From Bacteroidetes bacterium UBA6183 (lineage in GTDB: Bacteria > Bacteroidota > Bacteroidia > UKL13-3), in the NCBI GenBank assembly GCA_002422865.1, contig DITN01000087.1, positions 25,084 to 89,083 of the forward strand: a stretch of DNA of 64,000 nucleotides. Direction: 5' to 3'. The notes beneath the pieces are model-generated. The model made no database searches, was not told the DNA's origin, and saw nothing but the letters and a program-made list of their open reading frames with translations. The translations under genes and the position numbers were made by a program. Shown one piece after another: positions 1 to 9,872 of this stretch; within the stretch, counting starts at the first letter, position 1, and each line of letters starts with the position of its first letter.

Positions 1-2
1 TA

Positions 3-773
3 TCATACCACCGTTATGGAAGTGGAAAAGAGGTGTTGGTTGCTTTTCATGGTTACAACCAAACCGGTGCCGAGTATGCTTATTTTGAGGAGGTATTAGG
101 CCAAAAATTTACCGTTATTGCTATTGATTTTTTCTGGCACGGAAACAGTGTTTGGCTTGAACAAGAAGATTTTTTGGATGAAGACATGCAAAATATTGTG
201 AATGGAATTGCCAAACAAGAGGACCTTCATGCACAACGTTTCTCGGTTTGTTCGTTTAGTATGGGCGCCCGATTGGCCAGGGCCTTAGTCCGTAACTTTG
301 CCCATCGTATTGACTATTTCATCATGTTATCTCCACCTACATTTTCATTTAATCTTTTTTTGAATTTTACCACCAATAATCCTTTTGGATTAAACGTATT
401 CAAGTATTTTGTTGGCACACCGGGTGCACTACAAAAATGGGTTGAACGATTGTACAAATGGAAAATATTAACCAGAAGTGTGTATGTTTTTACCTCAAAA
501 TTTGTGGGCAAACAAGAGCGTGTTGAAAAGGTTTTTAAAACCTGGTACGCCCAACGTAAACTAAAAACCAACTTTAAAAAATTTGCCCGAACCCTGAATA
601 ATCATAACATAAACGTCATACTCATTGTAGGTAAAAACGACAGTATCACCCCACCACATGGTATGGTAAATTACATTAGAAAATTAAAGAATAGGCGGAT
701 ATTTATTTTACAAAAAAAACATGAACTTGCCACCCCCGAAACCAAGCATGTTTTTGAAAAACTATTTACATAA
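3..773 (+). CDS. alpha/beta-fold hydrolase, 5' partial. The frame is open back to the window start, so the true start is likely upstream of position 1.
   Basis: The frame has no stop back to nt 3. The N-terminal 'GSGKEVLVAFHGY' resembles the HG oxyanion-hole region of alpha/beta hydrolases. A nucleophile-elbow-like 'SFSMGA' is present. Confidence 0.6.
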   Translation, partial: SYHRYGSGKEVLVAFHGYNQTGAEYAYFEEVLGQKFTVIAIDFFWHGNSVWLEQEDFLDEDMQNIVNGIAKQEDLHAQRFSVCSFSMGARLARALVRNFAHRIDYFIMLSPPTFSFNLFLNFTTNNPFGLNVFKYFVGTPGALQKWVERLYKWKILTRSVYVFTSKFVGKQERVEKVFKTWYAQRKLKTNFKKFARTLNNHNINVILIVGKNDSITPPHGMVNYIRKLKNRRIFILQKKHELATPETKHVFEKLFT

Positions 774-811
774 AAACAAGCACGGTTGCGTAAAACAGAA
801 ACAACATATTT

Positions 812-1594
812 ATGCAGTACGAAACTATTTTATTTGAGGTAAACAATGGCATAGCCACGCTAACACTTAACCGCCCCGATGTTTTTAACGCTTTTAACGA
901 GCAACAAAGTTTTGATGTACTTGATGCATTAAAGAAAATTGAACGCGACAAATCCATTCGCGTAGTTATTTTAACCGGTGCAGGAAAAGCCTTCTGTAGC
1001 GGACAAGATTTAAAATCTATAGCCGGGGCAAAAAACCGCTCATTAAGCGATAGCTTGTACAAGCGCTACAACCCGATGATTAAAGCCATGCGTAATTTAC
1101 CGGTACCCATTATTTGTAAATTAAACGGTGTTGCCGCAGGTGCAGGTTGCAGTATGGCATTAGCTAGTGATATGATTGTGGCTAGTGAGAATTCATCTTT
1201 AATTGAGGTTTTCGTGAATGTAGGTTTAGTTTTAGATTCGGGATCAAGTTACTTTTTACCACGTTTGGTTGGCTCGGCTCGTGCATTTGAATTATCAACC
1301 ATGGGAAGTAAAGTTACCGCCCAACAAGCTTTAGAGTGGGGCATGGTAAACCGTGTAGTTAAACACGAAGAATTAGATGCTGAAACTTTAAAAATTGCTG
1401 AATATTATGCTAAAGCACCAACCAAAGCCATTGGTTTGATGAAAAAAATGTTGAACAAGTCGTTTAACAGCGACTTAGACACCATGTTACAATATGAAGC
1501 ATATTGTCAGGAAATAGCAGGCAGAAGTGCTGATTATAAAGAAGGTGTTACTGCTTTTAACGAAAAGCGTAAGCCCGGATTTAAAGGCGAATAG
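812..1594 (+). CDS. enoyl-CoA hydratase/isomerase (crotonase family)
   Basis: ATG start. The N-terminus 'ILFEVNNGIATLTLNRPDVFNAFN' and the motif 'AFCSGQDL...LNGVAAGAGCSMALASD' are typical of the crotonase fold. Confidence 0.85.
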   Translation: MQYETILFEVNNGIATLTLNRPDVFNAFNEQQSFDVLDALKKIERDKSIRVVILTGAGKAFCSGQDLKSIAGAKNRSLSDSLYKRYNPMIKAMRNLPVPIICKLNGVAAGAGCSMALASDMIVASENSSLIEVFVNVGLVLDSGSSYFLPRLVGSARAFELSTMGSKVTAQQALEWGMVNRVVKHEELDAETLKIAEYYAKAPTKAIGLMKKMLNKSFNSDLDTMLQYEAYCQEIAGRSADYKEGVTAFNEKRKPGFKGE

Positions 1595-1656
1595 CACAAT
1601 ACATTTGGTAGTTTGGCTATTTTTCTTTAGATTGTGTTTAATATAATCTTTGATTT

Positions 1657-2463
1657 ATGGCCACACACATCACCAAAATTGTTGTAGCAGTTGATACTTC
1701 AAGTTGCTCAACCATGGCGCTTAAAGCGGCTTTCTCTTTGGCTAAGGCCTATCATGCATCTCTTTATGTGCACCATGTTACCGAAGGCTCTTCCTCTGAC
1801 GAGGTGAAACAGAAAGTAACGGGTGTATTAGGCGCAACTCCTCACACTTACTCAGAAAGTAAGGGTAGTGTTTACAAAGAAATTATTGTTAAATCGCTTG
1901 ATGTAAACGCTGATTTAATTGTAATGGGAACACACGGAAACACAGGTTTTCAAGAGTTTTGGTTGGGCAGTAACGCAAACAAAGTAGTAAGTTCTGCTAA
2001 ATGTCCGGTACTCACCATCAGAGATGATGCACGTTCAACCGATTTTAAGAAGATTGTGGTTCCGATGGATACCTCCTTCGAATCGAGACAAAAAATACCT
2101 GTGGCAATTGACTTAGCAGAGGCGCTTAAAGCAAGTATACACTTACTAGGTGTTTCAACCGGAAAAGACAAAGAGGCAGAACACATTGTTGGAAACTATA
2201 CACGCCAAGCGAGTGATAGCATTGCAGACCATAATATATCATGCACCATAGAAAAACGTTTGGGGGGTAACATTACCAATACCACCATTATGTATGCCGA
2301 AGAGATTATGGCCGATTTAATTGTGATTATGACAGAGCAAGAGCCTCAAATAGGTTCATTTTTCTTGGGTAAATTTGCCCAGCAAATGGTTAACAACTCA
2401 CCAATACCGGTTATTTGTGTACCAACTCGTGAAGACTTATTGATTACAGACGCAAGACTTTAA
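1657..2463 (+). CDS. universal stress protein (tandem UspA domains)
   Basis: Two Usp-like halves, 'KIVVAVDTS...LIVMGTHGNTGFQEFWLGSNANKVVSSAKCPVLTI' and 'KIVVPMDTS...'. Confidence 0.8.
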   Translation: MATHITKIVVAVDTSSCSTMALKAAFSLAKAYHASLYVHHVTEGSSSDEVKQKVTGVLGATPHTYSESKGSVYKEIIVKSLDVNADLIVMGTHGNTGFQEFWLGSNANKVVSSAKCPVLTIRDDARSTDFKKIVVPMDTSFESRQKIPVAIDLAEALKASIHLLGVSTGKDKEAEHIVGNYTRQASDSIADHNISCTIEKRLGGNITNTTIMYAEEIMADLIVIMTEQEPQIGSFFLGKFAQQMVNNSPIPVICVPTREDLLITDARL

Positions 2464-2481
2464 GATTAAAATAACACTTAA

Positions 2482-2509
2482 AACGCTCCAGAAATGGGGC
2501 GTTTTTTTT
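2482..2509 (+). terminator. intrinsic terminator after the usp gene
   Basis: Stem ACGCTCC/GGGGCGT (one G·U pair), loop AGAAAT, followed by T8. Confidence 0.6.
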
Positions 2510-2651
2510 GTATACACCGGCTTATTTTAAACACCTGCCAACATTATTTTTTATACTTTGAACCAAAAACGTATTTTTACCGTTTGTAAGAAAAGCTTGT
2601 GTGAAGCAATGTGTTGGTAAACATTTGCCCTACTAAGCTGTTAATAACGTT

Positions 2652-4574
2652 ATGATGGAAATTAAACCCGGTAAGCATTTAGAGCCTATAGAGTTTCCTG
2701 CCGATTTGCGCAAGGTTAAAGAAGAGGATTTAGTAAAGGTTTGCGCAGATTTGAGGCAATATATTATTGATACCGTTTCGGTATATGGTGGTCATTTTGG
2801 TGCAAGTCTTGGTGTAGTTGAGCTTTCTGTGGCACTGCATTATGCATTTAATACTCCATACGACCAATTGGTTTGGGATGTTGGACACCAAGCTTACGGA
2901 CATAAAATTTTAACCGGAAGAAGAAATGTTTTTCATACCAATAGGGTTTACAAAGGTATAAGTGGTTTTCCAAAACGTGCAGAGAGTGAATATGATACAT
3001 TTGGCGTTGGACACTCTTCTACTTCAATTTCTGCTGCCTTGGGTATGGCTGTTGCTAGTCGTTTAAAAGGCGAGTTAGATAGACAACATGTGGCTATTAT
3101 TGGTGATGGGGCCATGACAGCCGGTTTAGCATTTGAAGGTTTAAACCATGCAGGGGTTGAAGACAGCAATTTAATTGTGGTGTTAAATGATAATTGCATG
3201 AGTATCGACCCTAATGTTGGTGCATTGAAAGAATATTTAACAGACATTACCACGTCACCCACTTACAATAAATTTAAAGATGATGTTTGGAAAGCACTCG
3301 ACAAATTAAAAGGTGTTGGTCACGTTTCTCAAGATATTATTTCCAAAGTTCACGATACGTTGAAAGGTGGTTTGTTAAAACACAGTAACCTTTTCGAATC
3401 GTTAAAATTCCGCTATTTTGGACCAATTGATGGTCATGATGTGAACCACATGGTAAAGGTGATGAACGATTTGAAAAAAATTTCCGGACCAAAATTATTG
3501 CATTGCGTTACCGTAAAAGGTAAAGGATATGCATTGGCCGAAAAAGACCAAACCAAATGGCATGCACCGGGCTTATTTGATAAAGTAACGGGAGAAATTT
3601 TTAAAAGTGCTCCTGATAAACCTCAACCTCCAAAATACCAAGATGTATTTGGACATACCTTAGTTGAGTTAGCAGAGAAAAATGAGAAAATTGTTGGTAT
3701 AACACCTGCTATGCCTTCAGGGTCATCAATGAATATTATGATGAAAGCTATGCCCAAACGCGCATTTGACGTAGGTATTGCCGAACAACATGCTGTTACA
3801 TTTAGTGCAGGATTAGCCTCACAAGGTTTAGTGCCGTTTTGTAATATCTATTCATCGTTTATGCAACGCGCCTACGACCAAGTGGTACATGATGTGGCCT
3901 TACAAAAACTACATGTAGTTTTATGTATGGACCGTGCAGGTATTGCAGGTGCAGATGGACAAACACACCATGGTATGATTGACGTGCCTTACATGCGCTG
4001 CGTGCCAAACATGGTTGTTGGAGCACCAATGAATGAAGAGGAATTGCGTGACATGATGTACACCGCCAGCTTAGATAAAAATGCCGGACCATTTAGCATA
4101 CGCTACCCAAGAGGTAATGGTGTAATGCCTGAGTGGAGAACGCCACTAAAAGAAATGCCGGTTGGTAAAGGTAGAAAATTAAAAGATGGCAACGAATTGG
4201 CCATATTAAGTTTTGGAACAGTGGGCAATATGGCCACAACAGCTATAGATAAATTAGCAACCGAAGGCATAAGTGTTGGGCACTTTGACATGCGTTTTGT
4301 TAAACCAATTGATGAAGAGTTGTTACATGAAGTATTTGCAAAATATAAAAAGATAATAACTATTGAAGACGGCACAACCGTTGGTGGTTTTGGCAGTGCT
4401 GTGCTCGAGTTTATGGCTGAACATAACTACCACGCAGAGTTTAAAATGCTGGGCATGCCGGATAGAATAGTTGAGCATGGTGAACCAAACGAACTTTATG
4501 CCGAGTGTGGTTACGATGTAAATGGTATTATGAAAACCGTTCGTAGATTGGTTAAAGAAAGTGTATCAGCTTAG
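2652..4574 (+). CDS. dxs: 1-deoxy-D-xylulose-5-phosphate synthase
   Basis: 640 aa. 'GGHFGASLGVVELSVALHYAFNTPYDQLVWDVGHQAYGHKILTGRR' is the DXS TPP-binding signature. A transketolase-like C-terminal domain is present. Confidence 0.95.
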   Translation: MMEIKPGKHLEPIEFPADLRKVKEEDLVKVCADLRQYIIDTVSVYGGHFGASLGVVELSVALHYAFNTPYDQLVWDVGHQAYGHKILTGRRNVFHTNRVYKGISGFPKRAESEYDTFGVGHSSTSISAALGMAVASRLKGELDRQHVAIIGDGAMTAGLAFEGLNHAGVEDSNLIVVLNDNCMSIDPNVGALKEYLTDITTSPTYNKFKDDVWKALDKLKGVGHVSQDIISKVHDTLKGGLLKHSNLFESLKFRYFGPIDGHDVNHMVKVMNDLKKISGPKLLHCVTVKGKGYALAEKDQTKWHAPGLFDKVTGEIFKSAPDKPQPPKYQDVFGHTLVELAEKNEKIVGITPAMPSGSSMNIMMKAMPKRAFDVGIAEQHAVTFSAGLASQGLVPFCNIYSSFMQRAYDQVVHDVALQKLHVVLCMDRAGIAGADGQTHHGMIDVPYMRCVPNMVVGAPMNEEELRDMMYTASLDKNAGPFSIRYPRGNGVMPEWRTPLKEMPVGKGRKLKDGNELAILSFGTVGNMATTAIDKLATEGISVGHFDMRFVKPIDEELLHEVFAKYKKIITIEDGTTVGGFGSAVLEFMAEHNYHAEFKMLGMPDRIVEHGEPNELYAECGYDVNGIMKTVRRLVKESVSA

Positions 4575-4594
4575 ACAAATAAATACGCAACAAT

Positions 4595-4626
4595 AAGCCC
4601 GATAAATAGATATATCGGGCCTTTTC
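4595..4626. terminator. bidirectional hairpin terminator between convergent genes
   Basis: Stem GCCCGATA/TATCGGGC (8 bp), loop AATAGA, flanked by A/T runs on both sides. Confidence 0.55.
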
Positions 4627-4638
4627 ATACTCCCGCAA

Positions 4639-4953
4639 TTAGCCATTAGAAGCAAGCTGCTTTGGATTGCAGTGTATGCCTGAAGTAATCTCAACCAACT
4701 TATAAATTTCATCTACTTCTAAAAAGTCATCTTGATTGTGATGTCGCTTACAAAGCGGTATAATGTACGTTGCATCGGCCTCTCCTAGCTTATCAAACAA
4801 CTTTACATGAGCACCCACTAAATGTGTACCTGTGCACTCCTTTTCACAACACCAAGTAACGAATTGACCGCTATTGGTTGTCCAATGTTCAAGCCAATTA
4901 CCGCAAGTACAATCATATTCAGCATAACTACCAACTATTTTTACCTTCACCAT
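4639..4953 (-). CDS. hypothetical Cys/His-rich small protein, possibly zinc-binding or HNH-like
   Basis: 104 aa with the pattern CxC...CCxxxC...HxxxxH...LCKRHHN. The C-terminal 'IIPLCKRHH' resembles the HNH tail 'LxxLCxxCH'. Confidence 0.5.
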   Translation of the reverse strand: MVKVKIVGSYAEYDCTCGNWLEHWTTNSGQFVTWCCEKECTGTHLVGAHVKLFDKLGEADATYIIPLCKRHHNQDDFLEVDEIYKLVEITSGIHCNPKQLASNG

Positions 4954-5224
4954 ATTTCGAACATCTGTTAGGGAATAAAAGTATTCGAAGGTATTGGTTA
5001 GATAAATACGAAGATTAATTCTATGTTAATTTTATTCTTTTAGCACACTAACAAGTTAAGCTGCATAATTAAAGGATAAAATAATGTAATTAAGCCATCA
5101 ATTAACTTTTGTAAAACAACAACACTTGGTGGCAATAAATATACAGTCGACAACTACATCTATTTACTTTCTACTTCCCGAAACAGTACATAGTTCTGAA
5201 AGTTGACGATTATTATTTAAACAA

Positions 5225-5255
5225 AAAGCCACTCCGAAAATAGAAGTGGCTTTTG
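5225..5255 (-). terminator. intrinsic terminator downstream of the minus-strand gene 5279-5626
   Basis: Stem AAAGCCACT/AGTGGCTTT (9 bp), followed by a T-run on the minus strand. Confidence 0.6.
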
Positions 5256-5278
5256 AAATATTGTAATCTTATAATTGG

Positions 5279-5626
5279 TTATTCTGCTGATTCAGGTTGT
5301 GCTTCTTCCTCTTCTTCAGGCTCAATACCCAACATCAAGTTTTTAATGTCTTGTAATTCTTCTTTGTTGTATTTGTTATCATAGTCGCCCAACAAATCCA
5401 TCAAATATTCCAAATTACCTTTTCCGTCTTCTTCCTCTAAGTATAAAAAAGTGTAATCATCATTTTCTTCAATGTTTTCATACGCCAAACGGATCATTTT
5501 TACATAACCCGGCTCGTTACGGTTGGCTTTAAACCACTCGCGTAATTCTTTTAATTGGCCAATTACCTTGGCACCAATTCCTTCACCAGCAAGGGTCTTT
5601 TTTATTGCATCAATGTGTTGCTTCAT
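5279..5626 (-). CDS. hypothetical acidic protein
   Basis: 115-aa ORF with a poly-Glu C-terminus. No recognisable motif. Confidence 0.55.
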   Translation of the reverse strand: MKQHIDAIKKTLAGEGIGAKVIGQLKELREWFKANRNEPGYVKMIRLAYENIEENDDYTFLYLEEEDGKGNLEYLMDLLGDYDNKYNKEELQDIKNLMLGIEPEEEEEAQPESAE

Positions 5627-5714
5627 CTCAATTATTTAGTATTATAGTGTGCGAAACTACATTTTTGTATGTTTTAAAAAAAATTTACTTCGCACAAGTA
5701 ACAAAATCTTCATC

Positions 5715-6086
5715 ATGAAACCGCTCTATACCATTGTTTTGCTCATTATTTCTAACTTATTTATGACCTTTGCTTGGTATGGCCATTTGCAATTCCAGAA
5801 AATAGATTGGCTTAAAAATACCGGGTTAATTGGTATTATTTTAATCAGTTGGTTTATTGCCTTGTTTGAATATGTATTTCAAGTTCCGGCCAACAGAATT
5901 GGTTATACAGCACATGGTGGACCATTTAATATGTTCGAGTTAAAAACGATACAAGAAGCCGTTAGCATCATTGTATTCGTACTCGTAAATATTTTTGTAT
6001 TTAAAGAGGGAAACTTACAATGGAACCATGTTTTGGGCTTTGCACTTATTGTTCTTGCCGTGTTTGTAATATTTAAAAAGTGGTGA
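5715..6086 (+). CDS. small DMT-superfamily-like membrane protein (DUF486-like)
   Basis: The ATG at 5715 gives 'MKPLYTIVLLIISNLFMTFAWYGHL'. The product has about 4 transmembrane segments and is about 123 aa. Confidence 0.6.
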   Translation: MKPLYTIVLLIISNLFMTFAWYGHLQFQKIDWLKNTGLIGIILISWFIALFEYVFQVPANRIGYTAHGGPFNMFELKTIQEAVSIIVFVLVNIFVFKEGNLQWNHVLGFALIVLAVFVIFKKW

Positions 6087-6197
6087 TAACATTCGGAATA
6101 CCCAGCCACAGATTTCACAAATTATTCATGACTTATGAAGTATGAGTGAAATTTACAGACAGAACCAATCTGAGTAATCTGTGGCTATACTATCCTA

Positions 6198-6764
6198 CTA
6201 CAAATTGGTTTTAAATAACTTAACCGCAATTGCCAACAATACAATTCCAAAAAACTTGCGTACCAGTATTAAACCTGATTTACCCAACACGCGCTCAATA
6301 TGTTTGGTTGATTTTAACACAATAAAAACAATAATTAAGTTAACCACGATACCCACTACAATATTTTGCATCTGGTAAACCGCTTTTAATGATATGATGG
6401 TTGTTAATGTTCCACTACCGGCAATAATTGGAAACGCAATAGGTATAATACTTCCCGATTTTTCATCCGGATCTGTTCTAAAAATATCAATACCCAAAAT
6501 CATTTCTATAGCTATGATAAAGATTACAATGGAACCAGCCAATGCAAATGAAGAAACATCAATACCAAACAAATTTAATAGGCGCTCCCCCACCAATAAA
6601 AACAACACCATTAAACCACCAGCCGCAATGGTGGCCTTACCGGAGTCGATATGAGCAACTTTTTGACGCATAGATAAAATAATGGGAATGGCTCCCAAAA
6701 TATCAATCATTGCAAAAAGAGTAAGGGTAATTGTTAAAATTTCTTGAGCAGAGAAAAAATCCAT
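6198..6764 (-). CDS. MarC-family (UPF0056) integral membrane protein
   Basis: 'MDFFSAQEILTITLTLFAMIDILGAIPIILSMRQK' is a typical MarC N-terminus. The protein has 6 transmembrane segments. Confidence 0.8.
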   Translation of the reverse strand: MDFFSAQEILTITLTLFAMIDILGAIPIILSMRQKVAHIDSGKATIAAGGLMVLFLLVGERLLNLFGIDVSSFALAGSIVIFIIAIEMILGIDIFRTDPDEKSGSIIPIAFPIIAGSGTLTTIISLKAVYQMQNIVVGIVVNLIIVFIVLKSTKHIERVLGKSGLILVRKFFGIVLLAIAVKLFKTNL

Positions 6765-6929
6765 GTCGCAAATCTAAGACTTATATTTTAATGGATAGAA
6801 TAAGCACTAATAATAATGATATAAGGCACTCTGAAGTATCAACCCAGCTGTAAACCAATAAAATTGAAAAGATTATTTGCGTAAAACCCCGATACAGTAT
6901 AGTTTTACCAAAGTTTAAAATAAATAATC

Positions 6930-7679
6930 ATGACATTATTAGCAGGAAAAACCGCATTAGTAACCGGTGCTACACGTGGTATTGGTAAAGGTATAGCTTT
7001 AAAACTAGCCCAACAAGGAGCCAACGTGGCTTTTACATTTGTTAGCTCGGTTGAAAAAGCAAAAGTATTTGAAGCAGAACTTGCTGCACTTGGTGTTAAA
7101 GCCAAAGGTTACCAAAGTAATGCAGCACAATTTGCCGAAGCCGAAATATTGGTAAACGAAATTGTAAAAGAGTTTGGTAGCCTTGATATTTTAGTGAACA
7201 ATGCCGGTATTACCCGCGATAATTTGTTGATGCGCATGACCGAAGAAATGTGGGATGAAGTAATGGACACCAACTTAAAATCGGCCTTTGCGTTAATTAA
7301 GGCTGTGCAACGCCCTATGATGAAAAACCGTTTTGGTTCAATCATCAATATCACTTCGGTGGTTGGTATTACGGGTAATGCAGGTCAAGCTAATTACGCT
7401 GCATCAAAAGCCGGTATGATTGGTTTAACAAAATCTGTTGCTAAAGAATTAGGTTCGCGCAACATTCGTTGTAATGCCGTTGCACCCGGTTTTATTGAAA
7501 CAGAAATGACGGAAGCATTAAGCGAAGACGTAAGAGCAGAATGGGTTAAAGGCATACCTTTAAAACGTGGTGGATCACCTGAGGATGTTGCCAATACTGT
7601 GTTGTACCTAGCTTCAGATTTATCTGCTTACGTTAGTGGACAAATCATTTGCGTTGATGGTGGAATGGTAATGCAATAG
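6930..7679 (+). CDS. fabG: 3-oxoacyl-[acyl-carrier-protein] reductase
   Basis: 'GKTALVTGATRGIGKGIALKLAQQGANV' (Rossmann), 'NNAGITRD', and the catalytic motif 'YAASKAGMIGLTKSVAKEL'. Confidence 0.9.
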   Translation: MTLLAGKTALVTGATRGIGKGIALKLAQQGANVAFTFVSSVEKAKVFEAELAALGVKAKGYQSNAAQFAEAEILVNEIVKEFGSLDILVNNAGITRDNLLMRMTEEMWDEVMDTNLKSAFALIKAVQRPMMKNRFGSIINITSVVGITGNAGQANYAASKAGMIGLTKSVAKELGSRNIRCNAVAPGFIETEMTEALSEDVRAEWVKGIPLKRGGSPEDVANTVLYLASDLSAYVSGQIICVDGGMVMQ

Positions 7680-7703
7680 TTACCCATACAATACGTTTTT
7701 TAA

Positions 7704-7734
7704 TCGGGCAGCTTTCTTTTGTTGCCCGTTTTAA
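7704..7734 (+). terminator. intrinsic terminator after fabG
   Basis: Stem CGGGCA/TGCCCG with loop, followed by TTTTAATTTT. Confidence 0.55.
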
Positions 7735-7760
7735 TTTTACATCAAACAACTTAATAAAAC

Positions 7761-9848
7761 ATGTTAACTGAATACCCGTGGTGGTTAGGTATAATTGGCG
7801 CTTTGCTTGCATTTGTTGCAACTTGGTTTTTATACCGCAATAATCCTATTGGCGTTGAAGGAAAAAGAGCTAAACAACTTTTGTGGTTACTACATGCACT
7901 TAGGTTTTCGGTTTTATTTGTTTTGATGATATTGTTGTTGGGACCTTTAGTAAAATTAATTACTACCCAAACCCAAAAACCTGTTGTAATTTTTGCGGTT
8001 GACAATTCGCAATCTGTTACATTGGGCAATGATAGTACACAACTTAAACAGGCATTAAACAAACAGTTTGAACTTTTACAAAATGAGTTGGGCAATGATT
8101 ATGATGTGGTTCCTTACTTAGTAGGTAAAGAAAGCAAACAAGCATCTTCGCTTGATTTTAAAGATAAAGAAACCAACCTCAATCAACTTTTCATCACACT
8201 AAAAAACACTTACGATGGTGCTAATTTAGGTGCCGTTGTTTTGGCAAGTGATGGTTTATACAACAAAGGAGAAAGCCCTTTGCAAACGGCCAGCGAACTT
8301 AAAGCACCTATATTTACCATTGGTTTGGGCGATACGGTACAACGCAAAGACGTACTGATAAAAAATGTCCGCACCAATCAATTGGTTTTTAAGGGCAACA
8401 GTTTCCCGTTACAAATTGATGTGGCCGCCTTTGCAGCTGCAGGACAATCAACCCAAATTACAGTTACACAAAATGGTAAACCAACCTACAAGCAACAACT
8501 TGTATTAAGCAATAATTATTTCAATACCCTATCAACCAACCTAACGGCAAACGAGTTCGGCACACAACATTTAATTATTGAAGCAAGTACTGTTACCAAT
8601 GAAGTAAGTGTGGTAAACAACCGCATGGATGTGTTTATTAATGTAATTGATGGTAAACAAAAAATTGCACTCTTGGCTTACACGCCTCATCCGGATATTG
8701 CTGCAATTGAAAAAACATTAAGCCAACAAGAAAATTACAGCACCAATACTTTTATTGTTTCGCAGCAACAAACACCAAATAATTTAGAACAGTACAGTTT
8801 AATAATTGCTCACCAACTTCCCGGTTTAAACGGAGAAGGAGCTGTGTTACTAAAACAGTTAAAAGATAAAAACATTCCTATTTTATATGTGCTAGGAGCT
8901 CAAACCAATACTGGCTATTTAAACCAACTAGAACCTACTTTACAAGTTGGTGGAGCACGTGTGGGCAACATGAATGAAGTTACGCCTATTTATAACAATA
9001 ACTTCAGTTTATTTACTTTAAGCAACGAAGAACAAGAGCACATTAAAAAGTTCCCACCGGTAATGTCGCCTTTTGGCAACTATAAAATTAATGGTGAAGT
9101 GGAGGTGTTGTTTAAGCAACAAATCGGGTACGTAAAAACTGAATATCCGTTGGCATTTTTTGCTAAAGGAAGCAACAATAAAAGTGGTTTCTTTTGTGCC
9201 GAAGGCTTCTGGAAATGGCGCATGTACGACTTTGGTATCAGTCAACAAAAAACCACATCAACCATTTTGGGCGGTATGGTGCAATACCTAACCAGCAAAA
9301 AAGACCAAAGCAGGTTTAGGGTAAACACCAAAAAAGAAATTGACGAAAACGAGTCGGTGGTGTTTGATGCCGAGTTATACAACGAGAGTTACCAATTAAT
9401 TAATACACCGGAAGTAAATATGTTGGTAACAAACAGTAGGGGTAAAAACTATACTTTTACGTTTAACAAAACGGGCAACGCTTACACACTTGATGCCGGT
9501 TTATTACCGGCCGGAACATACAGCTACGAGGCTGCTACAACCGTTGGCACGCAAACCCAAAAAGCAAAAGGACAATTTATTGTAAAACCATTGCAGGTTG
9601 AGTTCGCTCAAACCACCGCAAACCATCAATTGTTAAACGAATTGGCCACACAACAAGGTGGTGCAATGTATCACCTGAACAATATGGGTAAAATGGCTGA
9701 TACCATTAAAAAGAACGAAAGCATAAAGCCCATTATTTATCAAAACCAAGATATAAAAAGCTGGATTGACTTAAAATGGATTTTTGTTTTGTTCATGTTG
9801 ATGTTAACCACAGAGTGGTTTGTGAGGAAATGGAATGGGAGTATATAA
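7761..9848 (+). CDS. vWA-domain membrane protein (BatA-like N-terminal double-TM, MIDAS 'DNSQS', C-terminal TM)
   Basis: N-terminal two transmembrane segments 'WWLGIIGALLAFVATWFLY'. The MIDAS motif is in 'VVIFAVDNSQSVTL'. A C-terminal hydrophobic segment 'WIFVLFMLMLTTEWFVRKW' is present. Confidence 0.75.
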   Translation: MLTEYPWWLGIIGALLAFVATWFLYRNNPIGVEGKRAKQLLWLLHALRFSVLFVLMILLLGPLVKLITTQTQKPVVIFAVDNSQSVTLGNDSTQLKQALNKQFELLQNELGNDYDVVPYLVGKESKQASSLDFKDKETNLNQLFITLKNTYDGANLGAVVLASDGLYNKGESPLQTASELKAPIFTIGLGDTVQRKDVLIKNVRTNQLVFKGNSFPLQIDVAAFAAAGQSTQITVTQNGKPTYKQQLVLSNNYFNTLSTNLTANEFGTQHLIIEASTVTNEVSVVNNRMDVFINVIDGKQKIALLAYTPHPDIAAIEKTLSQQENYSTNTFIVSQQQTPNNLEQYSLIIAHQLPGLNGEGAVLLKQLKDKNIPILYVLGAQTNTGYLNQLEPTLQVGGARVGNMNEVTPIYNNNFSLFTLSNEEQEHIKKFPPVMSPFGNYKINGEVEVLFKQQIGYVKTEYPLAFFAKGSNNKSGFFCAEGFWKWRMYDFGISQQKTTSTILGGMVQYLTSKKDQSRFRVNTKKEIDENESVVFDAELYNESYQLINTPEVNMLVTNSRGKNYTFTFNKTGNAYTLDAGLLPAGTYSYEAATTVGTQTQKAKGQFIVKPLQVEFAQTTANHQLLNELATQQGGAMYHLNNMGKMADTIKKNESIKPIIYQNQDIKSWIDLKWIFVLFMLMLTTEWFVRKWNGSI

Positions 9849-9872
9849 AAACCATCACGGTGGTTTTATTTT
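9848..9872 (+). terminator. intrinsic terminator
   Basis: Stem AAAACCA/TGGTTTT, loop TCACGG, followed by ATTTT. Confidence 0.6.

Noticed and set aside
314-1062. Antisense ORFs 314-571(-) and 766-1062(-) overlapping the hydrolase and enoyl-CoA hydratase genes
   Set aside because: They lie entirely inside or across well-supported genes on the opposite strand and have low-complexity translations with no motifs. They are typical spurious shadow ORFs.
2948-4375. Several 77-104-aa minus-strand ORFs inside dxs
   Set aside because: They are embedded in a highly conserved dxs coding sequence and their translations show no domain features. They are shadow ORFs.
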